Source: Eledone cirrhosa
Taxonomy: Eukaryota
NCBI GenBank assembly: GCA_964016885.1
Contig: OZ024743.1
Span: 39,060,001-39,124,000, forward strand
Direction of reading: 5' to 3'
Length of the DNA: 64,000 bases
Part shown: piece by piece, positions 1 through 16,054 of the stretch
Numbering within the stretch: the stretch's first letter is position 1
Layout: every line of letters begins with the position of its first letter
Notes under the pieces: model-generated
What the model was told of the DNA's origin: nothing
The model's database searches: none
Seen by the model: only the letters and a program-made list of their open reading frames with translations
Made by a program: the position numbers and the translations under genes

Positions 1-1736
1 TCAGTGGTCTCAAGTAAACGTATTTAAGACTATTCAACAGAATTCGTAATATAATCGGCTTGTCGCCCCACACCCCGGTGGACAGAATGGAGAAGTCGTT
101 TCCCTGGAGGACAGCAAGGGAGACGCGCTGGTAAAACCACTCCAACTCGCGAGGCTCACACCTGCGGCTGGCCAGCTCGGCGCCTATGGTGGTGAGTAGG
201 GAGGTAACATTCAGTACTGCATGTTCAAGATATTTATTTCGACGTTCTATGACATTTTAGTTCAATATTAACCGGTAACTTTTATGAAACTATAAACACC
301 TTATTTGGAAGTAGTTTGAGTTGTCTTATTCGCTGGTTTAAGCTGCACAAGCTTTGATAAGGCATCAATATACCTTTGAAATGAGATGAAAATACAAATT
401 TTGCTTCGTGGTCAATTATTTTTCGCAATGACCAGATTGCCAGACTGCCGGATTGACGAGATCAAGCATGTACTTGTATTAAAAATATATCAATTAATAA
501 TTAATTTAATATATTTTTAATATCACATTCAGTTATGGTATTAAAAAGGCAAAGGAAGCACAAGCCAGGTCATTGAACATTATTTATAAAGTAAAACACA
601 GGAGCAAGATATTAAAATGACATTACATCCTACTGAAAATACAAGTTTCAATTAATTTAAAATCAATAAATACTAATATATTTATTATCACCGGGATTCG
701 TGTCTATAAACCGTAAATGAAATTGGAAAATAATAAATATTAAATCGCTATTAAGTACTATACTCTTATTGTTCCTCCCTATAGTGTTAATGTTTTCCCT
801 CTTAGGGTCAAGGAAACTACTATTATTATTATTTGAGTTTATCCTATTCATTCAGTTATGATTCATTGTTCTTGCCGAGTCTCTTCTCGTCAACTAGGGT
901 AGCTAATCTCTCTGTATACATTCTTACGTCAAACACTCCTGATGTGTTCATGTCACACATTTTACATGGTTACAGGTGTATAACTTGCTTTATAGATGTG
1001 CATATAGTATAGTCTGTTTGACATCATATTTACAACAGAAAGATATTCAATCATATTCGAGTGCTCCTCAACTAATTACAACTTACATAATTATGGAATA
1101 TAAGCTAATAAAGTTAATTTTAAAATATTACATACATAATTATCTTTCTTACGGCGATAGTCCTCTTCATGTGCCGTACCTGGCAAATATTTTTTATGCA
1201 TTTCTTACATTAAGAGTAAGCCAGGAATCATTATAATATCATCTTTTCTCATATTTTTATAATCCTTGTGCCCTGCAATCACAAAGATACCACATTTATT
1301 CAATTTCAATCTGTAAGTCAAATTCTTTTGCCACATTAGTTTAATGGCATGCGATGCACATATGAATCCATAAACATACGTTATTATAATTATTATTATT
1401 TGAAACTTCCATTGAATTCAGCTTCATTCCCATATCTTGACATGTGTCAATCTGGCACCTGAGGCAAAATCTGTTACTACTCACATTCTACAATCAATTT
1501 TCTTACAAAGACACAACAATAGTAAGTGACTTTGTAAGGATTTTATGTTTTTAAATGGATTATGCTTTTCTCAGGACATTGACAGTGAAATTCAGCACGA
1601 TTTTCTGTATCACTTGCAGAGATGGCTTCCCGGCTTGAAGTCCTGTCGTAGTATGAAGTCATTGTGTCATCAATATAATACTTCATATTTCGGTCTCCCG
1701 ACTTATGAACATATATATCTTTTTAGTTAAACAAAA

Positions 1737-1932
1737 CGGGCTGTGGATTAGCAGTATCAGTAGAGCGTCAGACACTAAGCTTTGCAGCATAGAGTTATGG
1801 CCCTTTATCGTCATAGTTCAAATCCCTCCGAGGTTAGCTTTGCCTTTCATCCGTACAGGGTCGATAAAATAAAATACCAGTGATGCACTGGGTTAATTGC
1901 TGGCCTCGTGCCTAAAGTAGAAACAATGATTG
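1737..1932 (+). mobile_element. tRNA-derived SINE with Meta/MESC-like central domain (family A)
   Basis: B-box-like agttcaaatcc, central gcctttcatccgtacagggtcgataaaataaaataccag, tail ggcctcgtgcctaaagtagaaacaat; homologous to copies at 7027, 9871, 19895 and 42057. Confidence 0.8.
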
Positions 1933-3927
1933 TCAAAATGTGACTAGTTGTTTGTTGGTATTCCTATCACGTGATCATAGTATATCGTTATTTTCCTCAG
2001 TATGTAATGATGGATTTCATGTCCCCACCATTTGCATGATGTTGTTGTTCCTGATTACATATCGTCTGATTTTGTTAGCCATCTTCATGTAATCTACCAC
2101 ATTTAAGAAGGTGAAAACATGCTTTAATATTTCAATTGATACAACTTATTATAATTATACAGTGAATGTAGTTTACACCTTGCATTTCTCATTCGATCAA
2201 GTTTTCAGTGAAATATCAGACAGCGATCTTCTTGCTATCCCAGTAATTTATCGTCACAAACAGATTAAATTCTAATATTTGAGTAATAATATGTTACTTA
2301 TGCTGTGGTACTGGACTAGTTATTTTAAGTACAGATTTTCTATTGCCTGACATTCAGAAAATGTCTCATATGCCTTACTGTCCCTACATATGACTTACAG
2401 AATGGAATACATTCGGATATCAACGGCATACATTAAAATAGCTAAGGCATTGTAAATAGTGTAATGCTTCCCACCTGAACTTAGGGGATCTCCGAAATAA
2501 CCCCATATGTTTGATAGAATAAATTTCGACAACTACAACGTAGGTTAATATGAAATATCATGAATATAATTACATTTCGGCTATGGATAGCAGCGGAAAA
2601 CTGATGTATATTGATAGAAACAGTACATTGGCATATATCAGCATTTTTAGCAGGCTCTGAGGTCATTGCCTGGTAACACAATGGTTCTTAGTTTCTGTCG
2701 AAGTTCATATTCGAAATCTTGCTGTTTTCAATGTCAATATTAAAAAAACACCATCGATAGCAATATCTGATCGACACTATGGTGATATATATTATCAATA
2801 TATCGCATGCAGTTGCTTTGATTTTTTGCGGAATTTTCATTATTGTGATTCATAACAGCAAATGGACGAGGAAGCTTTAATATTAGGAATTATGGATTTC
2901 TGTTTCCTCTTAGATTTGTCATCTAAATAAGATCACTGAAATCTTATAGCGTAGCTGTGAAAATCCATTATATTAGATTTCAATTATATCATTTTATTTC
3001 TAACCCCCGTTCTGTCGCAATAAAACGTTTTCTTCAATATATGAATAATACAATAATTTCATAAATTATTCTACTTTTTCTGTTCATGGTAATTTCAACT
3101 GACATTTTTGTTTTCATTTTATATCCTCGATATGGTGGAATATGATTAATATCCCTAATAATCATAGCATTGTGCTATTCTGATTCCATTGGCCTGGTAT
3201 CACCATCGCATTTTATTTATTTTATTCATGTAAAAATGAAGTCCTTCTTGTGATGTCTTCATCATGTAATGTCAAACATAATGGCAATATCCGGTGTCCG
3301 GACCTAACTTCCCCTTTCAATATGCGCCATATCACATAGCATTCGTAAAATTGGTTGGTTACAAACATGGAATAGAAAAGAAAATGTACTAAATGGCTTA
3401 GCTAATTGACATCGTAGAAAAGGAAATTTACTCGTGCATTGCAAAACCGCTATTACTGATGAATATGATCAGTTTAAATCACTGGTATTCATACATTATT
3501 CTATCTTACTAATGACTATGTCAGTTGACTACAATCGTAAACAACTTTAAAGAAATTTACGTGTTTGCAAGCTCAGATATGGGATTAAATAGGAAAACCA
3601 ATTTATAAACAAGTATTTCAATAAACAATATTCAATACACGTTTATTTGATGAATAATTTATGCATACTTTATGCACGGTGCTAAGTTTTACATAGAGTG
3701 TATATGTAGAAAAGCTCGGTGTGTATAATTGTTATATTAATTTTATAAGAAGCACAACCTAGATTTTGTTAGCGACTTTAACTGGCAGCGATTGTATGTG
3801 CATGTACATAAACTACACACAAAGACACACACACACGCATACACATATATATATGTATATATATATGTGTGTCTGTGTGTGTCTATATATACATATATAT
3901 ATATATGTGCACAGAGACAAACACATC

Positions 3928-3992
<65 letters not shown>

Positions 3993-5123
3993 GAATGTAT
4001 GTAGGTAGGTATGTTGAAGCGAGTGTGTGTGTGTATGTGTGTGGATGTGAGGATGAGCGTGAGTGAATAAGAGAAAGAGTACGCGGTAGAGAAAACAGCC
4101 AGTGGCTGTCTATGATCATCGAATTATGGAAATAAATTTTCTGAAACAAATTTAATCATCACCGTTGTTTAATTGTCTCTTCTTAAGAAGTTTATCGTTG
4201 TTACCCAACATATTTGGTGTAGGGGGACACACTTAAAATACTTCTTTCCACTATGTTGCAAGAAACATCAACATTGTCAACTCGTGTAAATTGGTGTCAA
4301 ACTGAAATTTATATATCAGATTTATAACACCTACCCCGATTCTAAGGCTAAATACAACATCCCTCACCGCCCTGCGTTCCAATCCAGCCTTTGTTTACCC
4401 GGGTACTAAAACAAATAAAGATTGGATATCGTTTGCAGCGTATTTTCGGTTACAAGTATTCAGTCGAGTAGTCCGGTAACAACATGCTTTGTGCGTTAAC
4501 TCCTGTATGGCAGAGCCTGACACGGTCCAAAGATACGGGCCCTTTTCTTTGTATACACTATAGGAACAATACAATTCGCAAATTCTGTACCAACAATGAC
4601 TAGAAAATATTTTCTACTCTAAATGGAATCTCATAAGAATTATGTATTAATCAATATATTCCAAAATACAAATAAACTTTACTTATCTTGTAAAAACAAA
4701 GAATCAAACATGATCGAGACATAGGATCCCACCATGCCAGAACATCTTTAAACAACATCACGTATGTTTGTAACCTCAATTCTGTAACGCAAAAGAATCA
4801 AACGGGGAATCGCAATATAACTTCTTATTAGGCTTCTATTAAACTGTTAATAACAGAATACATTTAACCAGTCACATAACTGATAAATAAGCTAGATGTT
4901 ACTGAAATTAATAAGTGAACACTCGTCCTAAATTATTGACGTCTTTATTCCCCATTCGCAAAATCAATACCTCCTAGTGAATGCCTGCAAATTTACCATT
5001 ATTCCATAAATACATATATGTGTTTGAGTAAACACACATAACACACACACTCTATCTATCTATCTATCTATAATTATTTCTCTTTTTTGTCTATCTAGCT
5101 ATATATCTATACACACACACACA

Positions 5124-5169
<46 letters not shown>

Positions 5170-5174
5170 TACAT

Positions 5175-5235
<61 letters not shown>

Positions 5236-5240
5236 TACAT

Positions 5241-5286
<46 letters not shown>

Positions 5287-5774
5287 AACAGGCTGCAATG
5301 AATAGGAAGTAGAAGCAAGTCCCGAGATGAAATTGCTGCTGCCAATTTAAAACCCAGAGCTTAATAAAATGAAAATAACCTTAAGCCACTGATGTAACTT
5401 TGACAGATGTCAAACAAGAGGGGTTTTCGTTCCAAATGAATAATCATTTACCCTCTTATAGGAAATTTTCCAAAATGGTTTGTCCCTAATTAAGTCACCT
5501 ACTCAATCTGACAGATAATTTAATCTTCTTATCACTTGGGCTATAGTGTAATTACTTACCCAAATATATTGAAAAATATATTATTATATGATACATTGTT
5601 TCTTGACAAATAACTTTCAATGTGGATAAATAGGATGTAAATTTCGAGCAAATCTTCCCATTTATATAATGAAGTATAGGGGCGTATTTGTATACATATA
5701 TATATGCATATGCATAAAATAGCACATATACATACACACACACGCACACATATACCCACACACATATACGCACA

Positions 5775-5818
<44 letters not shown>

Positions 5819-6419
5819 TGTGTGTGTGTGTATACATGTATGTGTATTCAGGTGTTGAATGTTATAAATTGATAAAGGGACAGTCTGTCCGTGTGATTAC
5901 ATAAACGATATATTTATCAAAACTGAATTCTATTTTAGCAACTCTCGTTTCACATAACTACTAAAGTCCCCAGAGGAGGACTGTCACAGGACAGTTTCAC
6001 AACTTTGATCTATGGTTATACATTTCTCTTTACTTTTTTATTGTTATTTTATCGGGACGTACCATTTCTTAAAGACAATATGCTTTAGAAAATGCTGGAG
6101 GTTCTGATTAAGTTTTTTATTGTAACTTTTTAATGGCCGGTTCAATATTGCTCAGTTATTCTTTTAAATAAATGCATTTTCAGATAAACTAGTTAAGTCA
6201 TTATTTCTGTGTAAATAATTATCAATCATGAAGTCAGAATTAAATAGATTCATGCTTAATTAAAACGAAATAGGTTAAAGCATTTAACTCAGGCACGACA
6301 CATTTAATTTCTGTAAGTTTAATTGTGCATAAATTAAATGTTTCTCTCTTTTTTTTCTTTTTTCTAAATTTGTTTTGAAGTTATTTCTTTTTTAATATGC
6401 AACCGTGTGTTGAAAGAGA

Positions 6420-6500
6420 TATTATTATATTTGGGGAGGGTCATGTTGTCCTCGTATTGCCAAAACATATAACAATACATTTAGATTATTCGTACCTCGT
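6420..6500 (-). repeat. Fragment of the repeat family ending in 'tatttggggagggtcat' (same family as 44333 and 56684)
   Basis: attatatttggggagggtcatgttgtcctcgtattgcc matches 44335-44375. Confidence 0.5.
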
Positions 6501-7026
6501 CTGTATGTCTACGTTTGATTAAGACACTGCCTTGTTTACTGGTGTCGTCACCTTTGTCGTAAACAGATTAAATGTTTATCTTGTTTAGTTTTTTAATCTC
6601 TGTCTTTTTATGGAAGAACCAATTAAATATTAGCAATTTTGAAAACGCAGTTTGGTCACCTATTTGAGTATTTCAAGTCTATTTATGAACAGAAAAGGAC
6701 AACACATGTTGTGGACATCCTTATAACGTCTGGAATGTGATTAATAAGTCTAGAAGCACGTTGAAGAAAGGCAACCTTCAGGAATAACGTTGTTATTTAA
6801 AATCACTAATATTTGATATTTTGAAGGAATGTTTTGTTAGTTCATAGTTTCGATAATTATATTTATCTGTATTCTACATTGTATTAAACTATATTGAATA
6901 ACATTGATTTTAAACTACATTAAACTACATTGAATTTAAACTACATTAAAGTATATTAAACTACATTGAATAATTAAACACATTCTGACAAATTTGACAT
7001 GTAAACTTCACTCAATCATACATGAA

Positions 7027-7213
7027 ATAATTGTTTCTACTGTTGGCACAAGGCCAGCAATTATCCCAGTGCATTACTGGTACTTTATTTTATCTACCCC
7101 GTAAGGATGAAAAGCAAAGTTAACTTCGGCGGGATTTGAACTCAGACCACAAAGGGCCGTAACTCTTTGCTGCAGAGCATGGCGTCAGACCTTCGACCGA
7201 TACTGCCAATCTA
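7027..7213 (-). mobile_element. tRNA-derived SINE, family A
   Basis: Reverse complement of the 1737 and 19895 type (ggatttgaactc B-box complement; ggatgaaaagcaaag). Confidence 0.85.
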
Positions 7214-7384
7214 TCGAAAATAATGTTACTTATTATTAAACAATTTTACGTTTCCAGTTTGTCGTTGTTCTTTAATATGCCAAAGTGTAAATATTGAAAT
7301 TAAGCTAACGGCTAAGATAGTATCGTATTTCTTCTCATCCCACTCATCCTCCTTCTTCTTTTTCTTCTTCTATTATTATTATCA

Positions 7385-9290
7385 TTGGGCGTCGCATGAG
7401 GCAAATTATTTTGGAAGCTCCCTCAGTTATTGAATTAAAGTTGTTGTTTGTTTTTATTTGTATTGGATATTTTATTGTTTCTAACGGGTTCTAAGACTTC
7501 CTTCTGTGTCGCGTGAAGAGGAAAATGTATAAAATGTGGGCCTTTTGGTTCACATATTTGAACATTGTATTTTTCTTTACGTAAAAATATGGACGAGACA
7601 CGCCCCAGTTCTAAGTCTACCGTCTTGTAACAGCAACATAAACTTTGAGAGGAGGGACAGAAGTATTACAACTACAAACACCACACACAAAAAAATGAAC
7701 TTAGCAACACCACCACAAACAACATGAATAATGACAGCAATATCAAAAACAATAAAACATAAGGAAAACAACGACAAGAACAACTCCAACGTAATTAAAA
7801 ACAATAACAACAACTGGAACAACTAAAACAAAAACAATAGCACCTAGAACAACACTGACAACAACTCCAATAATGTCGACAACACCATCAACAACAGCAA
7901 CAACGACAACAGCAACGATAACAACAGCACCAAAAATAACGAAGAGAAAAAAAGGTGATATGTCAAAAATGACGACCAGCAACAACAGCTATAACAACAT
8001 CGTCAACAATAGTTCATTCCCAGTTGTGGCTAGAGCGGGTAAGCTGCAGTTGTGGCTAGGGCGGGTAAGCTGCAACACAAAAGAGGAGTATGCATTTTGC
8101 TGTATTTCAGTGCAGACGGAACTCACCAGCCAGACAAAGTTAGAAGTTGCAATGAAATCAACGAAAAATGACATTGAACACAAAGCAAGAGCCAGGCAAT
8201 TTGGCACCAGCTTGGTGCTGTTCAAAACTGAGGCCTTTTGTTGTTAAGCAGTCGTGTCCCCCTACATAAATTACTGCATACTTATGCACCCGTCCTACAT
8301 TGGCAAAAGAACTGTCAAGGGCCGCATTCCCAGGATTTCGCCAGTATTGAACCAATGGAGGCTCCAGATTGCGTGGTCGAGGATTGTGCCAACAGTACCC
8401 AAATAGAAGTGCGAAAACCAGAGAGGAAACACAAGTCCGGGAGCTACTCTCCAAATAAACCCGGAACAACTAAACAACATCCCGTTCCACGTGCGTCTTC
8501 AGGATGGGTCCACGGAAGAATTGGCCACTGAAGGAGGACGGCCACACTGCTTCATCTGCGGTTAAGCAACACATCTGCGAGCCTTCTGTCCTCATCTAAA
8601 AAAATGCAGTTGACCGTAAGCTACCGTTGCTGCCAACGCCAGTTCTGGGACGAAAAGCTCCACCGGCAGTCCCACCAAAAGCAGCAATACCAGTCAAACC
8701 ACCACCACCACCACCAACACCAAAACGAACCCAAGAGGAAAACGAGGAAAGCTCTTTTATGCACCCTCCCCCTAAAAAAAAAAAGATATATATATATATA
8801 TACGCATTGACACAAACACAGACAAATCAAAAAGAGATTTCATCGTAACGTGGGAAGCCCGAACGTGAAACCAACATCTATACTTTTAAAGGGGTTCCCC
8901 ACAACCAAAGAGGTTGAACCACCTTGCCTTCATGTAGGGACGGGCGTGCCGTGTCAAATGATGTGCAAATATTTGCTAATGTTGTGGTATCTCCAGATAT
9001 TCTGCCTAAACGGTGATCAGGCTGCCTAATTTGAGGAGGAGGAGGAGCAAGGTTCCCCTGCCGGGTGCACTCGAAGCATCTGGTGGTTCAGGATTGGTGA
9101 GGTACCTGAGTCAACCATGGTCAGTCATACACCCTATTGGGGAATTTTCATTGTCGTACTTTTCTTGTTATCTTGTAATTGTTATTTACATTCTTTACAC
9201 GTATATATATATAATCCCCACTATCCCTGTCTTTTGTATTGTCCCCTATATGTCGCCTCTTTGTGGCCAATAAAGAAATCATTAACATTA
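7385..9290 (+). mobile_element. Tx1-clade derivative: degraded ORF1 (gag-like, CCHC knuckle) followed directly by a 3' UTR with AATAAA; no ORF2
   Basis: 8528-8592 reads EG.RPHCFICG*ATHLRAFC versus EGKRPKCFRCRSKTHLRAFC in the 32708 ORF. HPSYIGKRTVK aligns with LSYCGKKIVR. gtggccAATAAAgaaatcatt at 9263-9283. Confidence 0.7.
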
Positions 9291-9299
9291 TTGGCACTT

Positions 9300-9742
9300 T
9301 CCGCTTCGGTGATGCTCTCATTAACCTTTTAAAATTTTACCTGAAAAGGAAAATCAGGGTGGAGAGGGGCGTGCTGCTTCTCTGCTAGTTTTTTTAAAGA
9401 TGGGTGAGAGAGGCAAAAATAGCATGTGTGAATGAGCCAACCCTGAGCATGTACATGGAGTATTTAAGGATGACAACTGGGAGAGGCGACTTGTCCTAGT
9501 GGTCTGAGAGCCCGTGGCTTTTATGGGCTTTCTCCACAAATAACGCTTGGAGTTTCCTCACCTTTTGGGAATATGTGGTGTTTGTTTTATCTAAACGTTT
9601 ATTTTCTTAATCTCTGTTATAAATTCTGTTTTACACAGATAACACTACCCCCACCCCCCAAAAAAACACAGTATATTGTCCTGGACCCTCTTTAATGTCT
9701 ACTTAATATGAGCCCGGAGTGGCCAATAAAGGAATTATTAAC
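9300..9742 (+). mobile_element. 5'-truncated Tx1-like LINE end (probable ORF2 C-terminus plus 3' UTR)
   Basis: Reads GDALINLLKFYLKRKIRVERG..RWVREAK. Ends in gtggccAATAAAggaattatta, the same terminus as the element ending at ~9285. Confidence 0.55.
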
Positions 9743-9751
9743 TTTCCCTAT

Positions 9752-9982
9752 CTTCATTACGGGATCGTTAAAATAATGTACCAGTCACACACTGGGGTCG
9801 ATTTAATCGACTCTCCCCATCCCCAAAATGACTGGCCTTGTGCCTATATAAGAAACCATTATTATTATTCGTCCGCCAAGGTTAACTTTGCATTTCATCC
9901 TTACGGGGTCGATAAAATAAGGTACCAGTAATGCACTGGGATAAGTGCTGGCCTTGTGCCAAAAGTAGAAACGACTATTATT
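9752..9982 (+). mobile_element. Two tandem 5'-truncated SINE copies (family A and a related subfamily) with (ATT)n tails
   Basis: 9752-9870 and 9871-9982 both carry the gataaaata..gtaccag domain and the ggccttgtgcc..agaaac..attatt tail. Confidence 0.75.
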
Positions 9983-10774
9983 CGTAACGCGTTTATTCGC
10001 GCAGATGTTATTACGACACTATAGCAAAAGACCGAGTAATTGCCAGAGGACAATGGAGCGTTGACTCATTTATTTTCCTTCATCATTCCCACACCTTTGT
10101 TAAAATTATTGCTGTTCCCAGCAATGGTTTTCTGCAACTATCACGTCCTGGTGTTAACTCTTAGCTTCTATATCCATGCATCCATCCTTCTACCAACTGA
10201 GTAACATGTAAACAAAGAAATGCAGCAGGTCAACTACACCCACATAGTTTACCCCCTTACTCTGAAATCTACGTTCCTCACTACACATATACACTTACAA
10301 CCACGCTCACACTTACATACACCCTATACATACTCACACCTACACACATATACATTTTACTCCCTTACCTTGAAATATGCGCTCCTCACTATACATGCAC
10401 ACTTAAACCCGAGGTACACATGTACATATATTATACACATATTAATGCACGATTTTCCCTCACATGAGCAAACACAATGCTTCAACTTTTTTTCATTTAT
10501 TCAAATTAAATCGACCAGACATCAACTACTCTTCTCAGATTGCTCTATCATAAGACGCTCTTGAGAGTGGATAGTGAATCCGAAAATATTTGTTATCATT
10601 AAAATTGATAAGGTAAAAGTCTGCCTTGTTTTACGCTTTTCTCAGTTCTATTGCCCTGATTTCTATAATTGCCTTGGTACTTATAATCCCACATGCATTT
10701 TCAGGCTTCCAAATAATTAAACTTATTTTCTAGTTATGATTGTGTTATATATATATATTATATATATAACAAAA

Positions 10775-10805
<31 letters not shown>

Positions 10806-10850
10806 GTGACGAAATATACGTCAATTGCATGAACTCATAATCCTTGATTT

Positions 10851-10906
10851 ACTGCTATATATATTTTGATGATAACCATTGAATTGCTATGACCTCATCA
10901 GGCAGT
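10851..10906 (-). ncRNA. Type I hammerhead ribozyme, degenerate (GAAA>AAAA), in a pLTR fragment related to 52350-52900
   Basis: Minus strand: actgc CTGATGA ggtcatagc..ggttatcatc AAAA tatata TA gcagt. Confidence 0.65.
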
Positions 10907-10974
10907 TAGTCAGTTCTAAGATATGCCAGCTCTGTGTTTATGGTGTTGATGGTATCAGAGTCTTCGGACATATA

Positions 10975-11710
10975 TATATATATTTGGCAATATACTGTAT
11001 GTTTAATTTAAAACACTTAGTAAACCATTCGCTATGAGTTTTAAAGTAGTGACTATGTCTCTTATGTATTCTCGGCAAATAACAACAGAGAGTGATCGAC
11101 AGACAGTCTGTTCCTCGCTTGTGAACGTTTATCAAGAGCTCACACTCCCCTGCCATTGCCGAGAATGATAGTAGCTGCATTCTTATAGAATACCAGAAAT
11201 AATAAGGAGCTACTTATACAGAGAGATTGTCGGTCCAGGAAACGTTAGGTATTAGTATTGGTGCTCTGAAATAGCGATGTGTACACGATTATATATGTAT
11301 AGTATATTTGGTAATATACTGTATGTTTAATTAAAATCATTCAGAAGGCAATTGACAACATAGAGTGATCACCAGACAGTCTGTTTCCACTTTGCCAAAT
11401 ATACTATACATACATCGCTATTTCAGAGCACCAACACTAATACCTAATGTTTGCTGGACTGCCAATCACTCTGTATAATCAGCTCCTTATTATTAATAGG
11501 ATTTCTATAATAATCCAGCTTCTATAATTCTCGGCAAAGGCAGCGGAGCGTCTGGTCTTGATAAACGCTCACAAACCAGAAACAGGCTGCCTATCGATCT
11601 CACTACTTTGAAACTCATAAATATTTTAAATTAAACATACAGAATATTCCCGAATATACTATACATACAGTCATGTATACATCGCTATTTCAGCGTACCA
11701 ATACTAATTT
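10975..11710. mobile_element. Old retrozyme-like array: ~322-bp unit, minus-strand tandem then inverted copy, with HHRs
   Basis: tatatttgg.aatatactgtatgttt at 10981 and 11303; inversion at ~11390. HHR-like motifs at 11090-11147(-) and 11554-11599(+) with TTGATAA core. Shares atcgctatttcagagca and aaacatacagaatatt with the 23907 array. Confidence 0.7.
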
Positions 11711-11712
11711 TT

Positions 11713-14094
<2,382 letters not shown>

Positions 14095-15998
14095 TGATTA
14101 AATATCGAGAGAGAGAAGATGGGCGATACATATATTTAGTTGCCAATAGTTTGTGCATATGTGCTCAATACTCGTGCCTACAGGGTTAAATATTAGAGGT
14201 GTCAATATTTAGTGGGCGAGAAAAAATAAGCAGAGCGATTATAAAGGAAATTAATACAAATAGTTAGAACATGTTTATATAATAGTGCGCCTATATAATA
14301 GTGCACTTACGTACTAATCAATGGCATGGAAAGCAAAATAATGATCAATATAGGACCCAGGAGGGAATTCACGGTAAAATTAACATCATCGTTCATTGTG
14401 CCCCTCGTCTAGACACATATAAAAAGTACGGAGGTAAGGCGCCCCTACCTGAGCATAAAGTAATGGGAACGCATAACCGGCTACAGCACAGGAACAACCG
14501 TAATTACTGTCAAGGAAGCACAAGTACTGTCAAGGACGCACAACCTGTAACAAACCCAATGTAAAGCGGAAACGCCACCGTAATATCATATGGTTCCACC
14601 TCCACCCCCTACTCTCGGAGTGTGGCCTCCGACGTACCGACGATATTCTTCGAAGCCTTGGAGAGGAATTTCCCACCTAATCATAAATACAGATAAATAC
14701 TTCACAGGAACAGTATCACAATATCCTTTTCTACCACCCCCAATTTACCTGACATCATTAGGAGCAACTAATCACTGTAAGATCAACAAAATACTACTCC
14801 TTAGCTAGATACATCTAGACCTGACAACAACACTAATAACCTTAACATCCCCATAACAGCACCAAATAGTGTTGATGGCCGCTCCGGCAGACGAAACCTA
14901 CGTAACCAGGGCGTGATTGGAGAATATACCGGCGACCCACACGCGTCACCCTCCGGCAGCAGAACGGGCTGCGGCGTGCGGAATAATAATGGTACAACAC
15001 CGCACGCCTTGAGAGATAACAGTACCAATGACAGAGTTAGAGACAGAGATAGCAACATAGATAGCAATAGTAATAGCTTTACTTCAGGTACTAGGATCGA
15101 CCGTGACGGAAAATGCAACTGTCGTGACAGGGGAAGCTGCCCTCTCAGGGGAAAATGTCTGACTGATAAGGTTATTTAAAGGTGCACCGTAACTAGCCAT
15201 ATCGTTATAGAAGCCACCTCTGGCCAGTTTAAAACGAAATTTAGAACGCATCTCCACTCTTTCAGGAACAAACAACTCAGGCACTCCACATCGCTTGCCA
15301 ACTACGTCACCACATTGCAAGACGCCAACATAAGAATCTCCACACACTGGGATATTGTCGGTAGAGCTTCCCCCTACACCTTCAGGGGGAAATGCCAGCT
15401 CTGCCTCATGGAGCTATACTACATCATAAGACCACTCCACGAGCTCATAAACAGCCGAGGAGTATCAGTTATTAATTGTAAACACCGGGTACAGGCGTCG
15501 TATTTTGCCAGGGAGGCGACTGTGACATGAAAACTACGAACCCTGCCCGAACCATAACACCCTGGTGGGCAGGCAGTATAAACAAACATCTGTGAACCAA
15601 ATATACAAGGCAGACCATACTCGAACAAACATTAGTGAAGCAACATCCACTAAATAATAAATGTACACCCGAAACCCGACCAGTACTGGCACTAGTGAAA
15701 CAACACACATAATATAAAGATGCTAAACACCAGCATATGAACAGGTATAAAGATCCACATGGGACTGATTGTTTGAACACCGGCCAGAGTTACTCCCCCT
15801 GCTCTGTGATAATAAAAACACATGCACAGAGGGTAAAAATGAACGATGATGTTGATTTAACCGTGAATTCCCTCCTGGGTCCTATATTGATCATTATTTT
15901 GCTTTCCATGCCCTTGATAAGCCCATTCCGTATATAAAGGAAATGAATACAAAGAGTTTAAAACCGATAGAATTGCGCCTACGTACGTTTCGCCCGAA

Positions 15999-16005
<7 letters not shown>
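14095..16005 (+). mobile_element. 5'-truncated Penelope-like (Naiad-type) element with inverted 5' pLTR
   Basis: WF..PPYS..V...IFFEALERNFP linker at ~14590. CNCRDRGSCPLRGKC at 15114. GIY-YIG C-terminus CQLCLMELYYI..CKHR ending 15530. 14322-14407 is the reverse complement of 15830-15912. Confidence 0.85.
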
Positions 16006-16048
<43 letters not shown>

Positions 16049-16054
16049 GTATAT

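Noticed and set aside
60-205. GC-rich segment at the window start
   Set aside because: No ORF, repeat partner or RNA motif recognised.
1560-1660. Possible host exon after ttttctcag
   Set aside because: No clear donor site, no recognisable protein, no partner exons.
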